Positions 57,856-64,000 of a stretch of 64,000 nt of DNA are shown here, one piece after another (position 1 is the stretch's first letter; each line of letters opens with the position of its first letter). Location: positions 2,625,510 to 2,689,509 of the forward strand of contig OY969787.1 in assembly GCA_963703095.1 (NCBI GenBank), in the 5' to 3' direction. The stretch is from an uncultured Actinomycetes bacterium. GTDB taxonomy: Bacteria; Actinomycetota; Thermoleophilia; Gaiellales; Gaiellaceae. A program made the position numbers and the translations under genes. Under the pieces are notes generated by a model. It ran no database searches. It was not told the origin of the DNA and was given only the letters and a program-made list of their open reading frames with translations.

Positions 57856-59763
57856 CTACGCATCCAGTACGGCGGGGTCGGTCACCGGGGCGCGACACGT
57901 GAACCGCTCGCACACGTAGACGGCCGGGAGACCGTCCACGAGCCCCTTGCCCGCGAGCAGCGGCACGTCGTCGGAGGGGCCGACCGCGACCACCGTCCGC
58001 GGGTCGAACCGGGCGAGCGCCCGCCGCGCGACCGGCGCGTCGACGGGGCCGGCGATCGCGAGCTCACGCGACGGCGAGACGTGCAGGTCGAGGGCGCAGA
58101 GCGCCCAGGCGAAGTGGCGGGGGGCCCGCTCGAGCGCAGGCACGACGAGGCGGAGCGCCCCCGCGGCGCGCTCCTCCAGCCCAGGCTCGCCCCAGATCCT
58201 GGCCAGCCGGATCAGCACCGACGCGAGCATCGAGCTCCCGGAGGGCGTCGGCTCGTCGTCGAGCTCCTTCACGCGCGTCGCGAGCCGCTCGCCGTCGTGC
58301 GGGGCCAGGAAGAACCCGCCACGGTCGTCGTCGGCGAAGAGGTCGACCGCCAGCAGCGCGATGCGGCGCGCCTCGAGCAGCCAGCGCACCTCACCCGTGG
58401 CGACGTGGAGCTCGAGGAGGCCGTGCGCGACGTTCGCGTGGTCGTCGAGGTAACCGGTGCCGCTGACGCGCCCTGCGCGCCAGCTGCGCAGCACCCGCCC
58501 ATCGTCGCCGCGCAGCCTCGTGAGCACGAACTCGGCCACGCCGACCGCAGCGGCCAGCGCGTCCTGGCGATCGAGCCGGCGTCCCGCCTCGGCCAGCGCG
58601 CCGAGCGCGAGGCCGTTCCACGAGGCGATCGCCTTGTCGTCGAGGAGCGGCTGCGGGCGCGCCGCGCGAAGCGCGAGCAGGCGGCGGCGGGTCGGCTCGT
58701 CGAGCGCGCCTCGCACGATGTGGCGCCCGTGCTCGAAGGGCTCCAGCAGGGAGGCATCCAGCCCGAGCGCGACCCACTCCTCCGGCGTCCAGGTGTACGT
58801 GAGCCCCTCCACCCCGTCCGTGTCGGCGTCCTGAGCCGACGCGAGCCCGCCGTCCGGGAGTCGCAGCTCGCGCAGCAGGTAGTCGACCGTCTGCTCGACG
58901 ACGAGCCGGTAGCGAGGCTCCCCCGTCACCGCCCAGGCGTGCAGGTAGGTCGATGCGAGGAGCGCGTTGTCGTACAGCATCTTCTCGAAGTGCGGCACGA
59001 GCCAGCGCGCGTCGACCGAGTAGCGATGGAAGCCGCCGCCGACGACATCCCACAGCCCACCGGCGGCCATCCCGTCGAGCGTGCGGGTCGCGATCTCGAG
59101 CCCCTGGTGCCCGCCACGACGGAGGAGCAGCTCGATCGCGGAGGACGGCGGGAACTTGGGCGCCCCGCCGAAGCCCCCGAAGGCGGGCTCGAACGCGCGC
59201 GCGAGGCCGTGCCCGGCGGCGTCGAGGAGGTCTGGCCCGAGCGGCCCGGGGGTCGGCTCGAGCCGGGCAGCCTCGTCGAGCGCGGCGACGAGGCGCGCCG
59301 CCTGCTGCTCGAGGTCGTCCCTGCGCTCGTCCCACGCGGCGGCGACCGCGCGGCACAGCTGGGCGAAGCTCGGGATCCCGTGCCTCGGCGTCGGCGGGTA
59401 GTACGTCCCGGCGTAGAACGGTCGGCCGTCGGGGGTCAGGAACACGGTCGTCGGCCACCCGCCCTGCCCGGTCATCGTCACGCAGGCGTCCATCGTCATC
59501 GCGTCGACGTCGGGCCGCTCCTCCCGGTCGACCTTGACGTTGACGAACAGCTCGTTCATCAGCGCGGCGGTCGCGGGATCGGCGAACGACTCGTGCTCCA
59601 TCACGTGGCACCAGTGGCAGGCGCTGTACCCGACCGAGACGAGCAGCGGCCTGTCGCGCTCCCGCGCCGCCACGAGGGCCTCCTCGCCCCACGGGCGCCA
59701 GTCGACCGGGTTCGACGCGTGCTGCAGCAGGTACGGGCTGGTCGCGTCCGCGAGACGGTTCAT
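57856..59763 (-). CDS. thioredoxin-domain protein of the YyaL/DUF255 (SSP411-like) family
   Basis: The translation shows [22 protein letters not shown]...[21 protein letters not shown] plus a six-hairpin glycosidase-like C-terminal region. Start at ATG 59763. Confidence 0.9.
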   Translation of the reverse strand: MNRLADATSPYLLQHASNPVDWRPWGEEALVAARERDRPLLVSVGYSACHWCHVMEHESFADPATAALMNELFVNVKVDREERPDVDAMTMDACVTMTGQGGWPTTVFLTPDGRPFYAGTYYPPTPRHGIPSFAQLCRAVAAAWDERRDDLEQQAARLVAALDEAARLEPTPGPLGPDLLDAAGHGLARAFEPAFGGFGGAPKFPPSSAIELLLRRGGHQGLEIATRTLDGMAAGGLWDVVGGGFHRYSVDARWLVPHFEKMLYDNALLASTYLHAWAVTGEPRYRLVVEQTVDYLLRELRLPDGGLASAQDADTDGVEGLTYTWTPEEWVALGLDASLLEPFEHGRHIVRGALDEPTRRRLLALRAARPQPLLDDKAIASWNGLALGALAEAGRRLDRQDALAAAVGVAEFVLTRLRGDDGRVLRSWRAGRVSGTGYLDDHANVAHGLLELHVATGEVRWLLEARRIALLAVDLFADDDRGGFFLAPHDGERLATRVKELDDEPTPSGSSMLASVLIRLARIWGEPGLEERAAGALRLVVPALERAPRHFAWALCALDLHVSPSRELAIAGPVDAPVARRALARFDPRTVVAVGPSDDVPLLAGKGLVDGLPAVYVCERFTCRAPVTDPAVLDA

Positions 59764-60503
59764 GGAAGCACCGTACGCACGCCGCGCAGTGGGGTGCGGA
59801 GGAGCCCGGTGGCACGCATCGTGTCGAGTCGGCAGTCGAGCGGCCGGCCGGGGGGCGCCGGTGCGCTGCGCACCGCCGCGCCGGCGACGAGGCGCGCCAG
59901 CTCGGCGCGGGACAGCGCGTCGGCGCCCGCGACGTGGAGCGGGCCGGCCAGATCGAGCGTGGCGAGCTCGAGGAGCGCCCGCGCGAGGTCGGTGACCTGG
60001 ATCGGGCACCGGAGCTCGTCCTCGTAGAAGGTCGCGGCCGGGTCGAGCGCGACGAGCTCGTGCTTCGAGGGGGCGTGGCCCCGCCCACCCACGATCAGCG
60101 ACGTCCGCACGATCAGCGCCGTCGGGTCGACAGCCGCCACGAGCCGCTCGGCGTCCGCCTTCGCTCGACCGTAGTCGGTCACCGGCGAGACGTGATCCTC
60201 CTCCCGGTACGGGCGGCCCGCCCGGCCGTCGAACACGACGTCGGTGGAGAGGTGAACCAGCCGGGCCCCGACCGCCGCGCATGCTCGGGCGACGTTGCCC
60301 GCCCCGGTCGCCGTCACCGCGTGCGCGTCGGGGCCGTCCTGCCGGTAGGCGGTGTGGATCACGACGTGGGGGCGCAGCCTGCGCAGGAGGTCGACCACCG
60401 CGACGGCGTCGCGGACGTCGACGCGCTCGCGCGACGCGTCAGGTGCGAGCGCGATGAGCTCGCGGCCGAGGAACCCGGTCGCTCCGGTGACGTGGAGCCT
60501 CAT
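59760..60503 (-). CDS. SDR-family NAD(P)-dependent oxidoreductase, RmlD (dTDP-4-dehydrorhamnose reductase)-like
   Basis: The translation shows [16 protein letters not shown]...HTAY...STDVVFDG...[13 protein letters not shown]. Its stop overlaps the yyaL-like ATG as ATGA. Confidence 0.7.
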   Translation of the reverse strand: MRLHVTGATGFLGRELIALAPDASRERVDVRDAVAVVDLLRRLRPHVVIHTAYRQDGPDAHAVTATGAGNVARACAAVGARLVHLSTDVVFDGRAGRPYREEDHVSPVTDYGRAKADAERLVAAVDPTALIVRTSLIVGGRGHAPSKHELVALDPAATFYEDELRCPIQVTDLARALLELATLDLAGPLHVAGADALSRAELARLVAGAAVRSAPAPPGRPLDCRLDTMRATGLLRTPLRGVRTVLP

Positions 60504-60550
60504 CGCCGGGGGTGTCGACGCCGGCCGGTCGGTGCCGTATCTTCCCGCGC

Positions 60551-60949
60551 ATGACACGACGTGGAGGGTTGTGGTTGACGATGGTGGGCGGGGCGATCAC
60601 GGTCGCGTCCGTCTTCCTGCAGGCGTTCTCGATCAGCGCCTACGCCCGCGGTGCGGGCGACGGCGCGCTCGACCTGCACGGGTTGGGATCGCTGTTCGTG
60701 CACATCGGTGAGCTCGCGATCGTGATCGGCGTGATCTGGGGCTGGTGGGGCAACGGGAAGGCGATCGGGCTCGCGGTTGCGTTCCTCGTGCTCTCGTTCG
60801 CCCAGCTCGCGGCGCTCGGCGACACGGAGGAGACGGGCAGCTGGATCAACGGCCTGCACGGGTTCCTCGCGCTCGTGATCCTGACCGTGGGCGCGATCGC
60901 GTTCCACCGTGGCCGTCGCGAGCTCGGGCTCGGGCAGCCGGCGCACTGA
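60551..60949 (+). CDS. small integral membrane protein (four predicted TM segments), function unknown
   Basis: The ORF is hydrophobic (LWLTMVGGAITVASVFLQAF... ELAIVIGVIWGWW ... GLAVAFLVLSF ... FLALVILTVGAIAF). I recognise no family motif. Confidence 0.5.
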   Translation: MTRRGGLWLTMVGGAITVASVFLQAFSISAYARGAGDGALDLHGLGSLFVHIGELAIVIGVIWGWWGNGKAIGLAVAFLVLSFAQLAALGDTEETGSWINGLHGFLALVILTVGAIAFHRGRRELGLGQPAH

Positions 60950-60951
60950 CC

Positions 60952-60983
60952 GGGTGGCTCCCGTCGAACGCCGGGAGCCACCC
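60952..60983. terminator. bidirectional hairpin between convergent genes
   Basis: gggtggctccc / gggagccaccc form a perfect 11-bp stem with a 10-nt loop. It starts 3 nt after the plus-strand stop and lies about 40 nt from the dedA stop. A second 8-bp hairpin follows (60983-61015). Confidence 0.55.
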
Positions 60984-61023
60984 TCCACCACCGCCGGCGT
61001 CTCGTGCTGGTGGAGCCACTCGC

Positions 61024-61665
61024 TCACGCGGCGTCGTCGTCGACGACAGCGGCGGGGGTGGCCCGCCGCTTCCGCCGGCTGCGCACGAGCTCGATCAGCA
61101 CCGTCACGCCGACGGCGATCCCGAACGCCAGCAGCAGCCCCTTCCAGGGCTGCTCCTCGAACGTCTTGCCGCCGAAGTACCCGAGCAGGCCCGTGTAGGT
61201 GCCCCAGATCACGCCGGCGAGGATGTCGGCCTTCAGGAACCGCCGGTAGGCGAACGCGTGGGTGTACCCGGCCGCGAACGTCGTCGCCGTCCGTCCGCCG
61301 GGGATGAACCGCGCGACCACGATGAGGTACGTGCCCCGCTCCTCGAGCTGCCGCTCGGCCCACTCGAACCCCTTGCGGCTCTTGTCGCCCGAGAACACCC
61401 GCTTGACCGTCCGCTCGCCGACGAGGTTGCCGATGCCGTAGGAGATGTTGTCGCCGAGGATCGCGCCGGTGGACGCGGCGAGGATCACGAGGGGCAGGCT
61501 CAGCTCCCCCGCGCCGGCCAGCACGCCACCGGTGATCGCGACCGACTCGCTCGGGACGACCGGGAAGAACGCGTCGAGGGTCGCGACCGTGAAGATCACG
61601 AGGTAGCTCCAGTCGGAGGAGACCCACTCCTCGAACTGCTCGAACAGGGCGAGGAGGTCGAGCAT
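61024..61665 (-). CDS. DedA family membrane protein
   Basis: The translation shows [31 protein letters not shown]...[13 protein letters not shown]...[23 protein letters not shown]. Start at ATG 61665. Confidence 0.88.
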   Translation of the reverse strand: MLDLLALFEQFEEWVSSDWSYLVIFTVATLDAFFPVVPSESVAITGGVLAGAGELSLPLVILAASTGAILGDNISYGIGNLVGERTVKRVFSGDKSRKGFEWAERQLEERGTYLIVVARFIPGGRTATTFAAGYTHAFAYRRFLKADILAGVIWGTYTGLLGYFGGKTFEEQPWKGLLLAFGIAVGVTVLIELVRSRRKRRATPAAVVDDDAA

Positions 61666-61903
61666 CGGCGCATCGTCGCAGAAGCGCGCCCGCCCGCAGC
61701 AGGACGAGCGCTCGACACACACCCGTGCGCCTCTCGACACACCTCTGCGCGCGTTCCTGTCCCCCCGGGGAGACAGCACCTCCTGCCAGCGGGGCGTGAC
61801 AACCCTGCCGGACAGGACTGCCCGGCAGGATCTGCTGCCAGCCGGGGCTGGCAGGGGGCGGGTGACCGGCGCGCCCCGCCGCGGCAGCGGCGATGATGGC
61901 CTC

Positions 61904-63100
61904 ATGCCGCATCTCGCGCTGCACGGCGTCCGGGTGCTGGACGTCACGACGTCGATCGCGGGGCCGTACTGCGCGCAGATCCTCTCCGCCCTAGGCGCGG
62001 ACGTCGTGAAGATCGAGCGGCCCGACACCGGCGACGACGGCCGGGCCTGGGGCCCGCCCTTCTGGAACGGCGAGGGCACGATGTTCCTGTCAGCCAACGC
62101 GGGCAAGCGCTCCGCGGGGATCGTGCTGCGCGACCCCGACGGCCGCGAGGCGCTCCTTCGCCTCGCTGAGCGCGCCGACGTCTTCCTCCAGAGCCTCCGC
62201 CCCGGGCTCGCAGAGACGCTCGGCCTCGGGCCCGACGACGTGCGCGAGCGGAACCCGCGGATCGTCTACTGCTCGCTCGGCGCGTACGGCCACACGGGGC
62301 CGCTGGCGGAGGAGCCCGGCTACGACGCGCTGATGCAGGCGGCGGGCGGGCTCATCTCCGTGACCGGGGAGCCGGGCCGCCCGGGCGTTCGGGTCGGCGC
62401 GTCGCTGATCGACCAGGGCACGGGGACGTGGGCAGCACTCGGGGTGCTCGCGGCGCTGCTCGAGCGCGACCGCACCGGCGCGCCGCCCGTCGTCGACGTC
62501 TCGCTGTACGAGACCGCGCTCGGGTACGTCGGCTACCACCTCGCCGGCTACCTGGCGGACGGCACCGTGCCGTCGGGACAGGGAACGCGGTTCCCGATGG
62601 TCGCGCCCTACCAGGTGCTCCGCACCGGCGACGGCGATCTGATGATCGCCGGTGGCAACGATCGCCTGTTCGCGGCGATCTGCGAGACGCTCGGCTGCCC
62701 GGAGCTCGTCGACGACGAGCGCTTCGCGACGAACCCGGATCGCGTCCGCAACCGCGACGTCCTCTGCGACCTCCTCGAGGAGCGGCTCCGTGACGCGACG
62801 AGCGCCGAGTGGCGCGAGCGGCTCACGGCGGCGGGGGTGCCCGTCGCCCCCGTCGCGGACGTCGCCGACATCGTCGCGAGCCCGCAGACGGCCGCGCTCG
62901 GCATGCTCCAGCCGGTGCCGCATCCGTCGATCCCCGACCTGCGCCTCGTCGCGCTCCCGCTCAGCTTCGATCGAGAGCGCGCGCTGCACCGCGCTCCCCC
63001 GCCCGCCGTGGGTGCCCACACCGCCGACGTCCTCCGCGAGGCCGGCTACGACGACAACGAGATCGCGGCGCTCGCCGCGAGAGGAGTGATCAGCGCATGA
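61904..63100 (+). CDS. CaiB/BaiF family (class III) CoA-transferase
   Basis: The translation shows [40 protein letters not shown]...[18 protein letters not shown]. Start at ATG 61904. Confidence 0.9.
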   Translation: MPHLALHGVRVLDVTTSIAGPYCAQILSALGADVVKIERPDTGDDGRAWGPPFWNGEGTMFLSANAGKRSAGIVLRDPDGREALLRLAERADVFLQSLRPGLAETLGLGPDDVRERNPRIVYCSLGAYGHTGPLAEEPGYDALMQAAGGLISVTGEPGRPGVRVGASLIDQGTGTWAALGVLAALLERDRTGAPPVVDVSLYETALGYVGYHLAGYLADGTVPSGQGTRFPMVAPYQVLRTGDGDLMIAGGNDRLFAAICETLGCPELVDDERFATNPDRVRNRDVLCDLLEERLRDATSAEWRERLTAAGVPVAPVADVADIVASPQTAALGMLQPVPHPSIPDLRLVALPLSFDRERALHRAPPPAVGAHTADVLREAGYDDNEIAALAARGVISA

Positions 63101-64000
63101 GCCACGTGTCCGCGTCCTACAGCGCAACCCTGCGCGTCCACCTGTCGGACGCACCCGGCACCTTCGCGCGGGTCGCGAAGGCGGTCGGCGACGCCGGCGG
63201 GTCGCTCGGCGCGATCGACCTCGTGCGCGTCGAGAAGCACGTGAAGATCCGTGACGTCACCGTCGACGCCTCGAGCGCCGAGCATCTGCACGGGATCGTG
63301 GAGTCGGTGCGCTCGCTCGACGGGGTCGAGGTGGAGCGGGTGTCCGACCGGACGTTCCTGCTCCATCTCGGCGGCAAGCTGGAGGTCGTCCCGCGCACGC
63401 CGCTGAAGACGCGCGACGACCTGTCGATGGCCTACACGCCGGGTGTCGCGCGCATCTGCCAGGCGGTCGCCGACGACCGCGACGCCGCGTGGAACCTGAC
63501 GATCAAGAAGAACACGGTCGCCGTCGTGTCGGACGGCACCGCCGTGCTCGGGCTCGGCGACATCGGCCCGGAGGCCGCGATGCCGGTGATGGAGGGCAAG
63601 GCGGTGCTGTTCAAGGAGTTCGGCGGCGTCGATGCGTTCCCGCTCTGCATCGCGACAACCGACGTCGACGAGATCGTCGCGTTCTGCAAGGCGATCGCGC
63701 CGACCTTCGGCGGGATCAACCTCGAGGACATCGCGGCCCCGCGCTGCTTCGAGATCGAGCGGCGGCTGCGCGACGAGCTCGACATCCCGGTCTTCCACGA
63801 CGACCAGCACGGCACTGCGATCGTCGTCCTGGCCGCGCTCGTCAACGCGCTCAAGGTCGTCGGGAAGCGGCTCGAGGACGCGAAGATCGTGATGACCGGG
63901 GTCGGCGCAGCCGGGATCGCGACTGCCGACATCCTCCTCCACGCAGGGGCGAGGAACGTGATCGGCGCCGACCACGACGGCGCCGTGTATCGCGGTCGCC
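63097..64000 (+). CDS. NAD(P)-dependent malic enzyme with N-terminal ACT domain (3' end outside window)
   Basis: An ACT-like N-terminus is followed by [15 protein letters not shown]...[43 protein letters not shown]...FGGINLEDI...[12 protein letters not shown]...GVGAAG. It forms an ATGA overlap with the upstream stop. The frame is open to the window end. Confidence 0.9.
   Translation, partial: MSHVSASYSATLRVHLSDAPGTFARVAKAVGDAGGSLGAIDLVRVEKHVKIRDVTVDASSAEHLHGIVESVRSLDGVEVERVSDRTFLLHLGGKLEVVPRTPLKTRDDLSMAYTPGVARICQAVADDRDAAWNLTIKKNTVAVVSDGTAVLGLGDIGPEAAMPVMEGKAVLFKEFGGVDAFPLCIATTDVDEIVAFCKAIAPTFGGINLEDIAAPRCFEIERRLRDELDIPVFHDDQHGTAIVVLAALVNALKVVGKRLEDAKIVMTGVGAAGIATADILLHAGARNVIGADHDGAVYRGR

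Noticed and set aside
61775-61860. ZTP (pfl) riboswitch-like GGGGCGUGAC upstream of the CoA-transferase
   Set aside because: Only the GGG.CGUGAC stretch resembles the pfl motif as I recall it. The UGGCG segment and the 3' CCGCCUGGGC element are both absent.

Overview
This is a very GC-rich chromosomal segment (above 70% GC by eye) with the gene content and operon style of an Actinomycetota-type genome: many 4-nt ATGA/GTGA start-stop overlaps, F420 genes (fbiC, an LLM-class oxidoreductase) and a PspC-domain sensor kinase. I found no rRNA, tRNA, CRISPR array, transposase, integrase or phage gene. Almost all of the window is housekeeping or metabolic.

Gene order, left to right:
- (minus) prmA, ligT-like, dnaJ, hrcA, then hemW, yjbR-like, lepA
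- USP, tandem USP, CBS protein, cNMP-binding/TrxR-like oxidoreductase
- murJ; rpsT; holA, comEC, comEA; leuS
- fba, lysA, nudix
- cupin, TetR, MerB-like; an SDR
- a TGS-domain fragment and a CarH/LitR-like MerR-B12 regulator
- a his operon (hisR-like, G, D, a C-B fusion, H, F, IE) with hisA transcribed divergently
- a haem-binding protein; fbiC; livGFHMK
- MoxR, DUF58, VWA, an unknown secreted protein, VWA
- a PspC-type two-component module
- a beta-oxidation-like cluster (two ACADs, an acyl-CoA ligase, an enoyl-CoA hydratase, an F420 LLM oxidoreductase)
- pepF, yyaL, rmlD-like, dedA, a CoA-transferase, and a partial malic enzyme

Most interesting observations:
1. A MerB-like gene carries an in-frame UGA exactly where MerB has its second catalytic Cys. 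An fdhF-like hairpin with a GGUC loop follows, so this is a candidate selenoprotein.
2. Four single-nucleotide frameshifts (lepA, hisF, an ACAD, an acyl-CoA ligase) and a nonsense codon in a TetR gene disrupt otherwise well-conserved genes. Assembly error seems more likely than decay.
3. hisC and hisB are fused in frame, a TrpR/YerC-type regulator heads the his operon, and a 17-bp duplication lies at that regulator's start codon.
4. The CarH-like regulator has 11-bp direct repeats over its own -35 region.
5. A terminator-like hairpin and a Leu-Leu mini-ORF sit in the leuS leader.

All calls come from reading the translations and sequence by eye. No database search was run.
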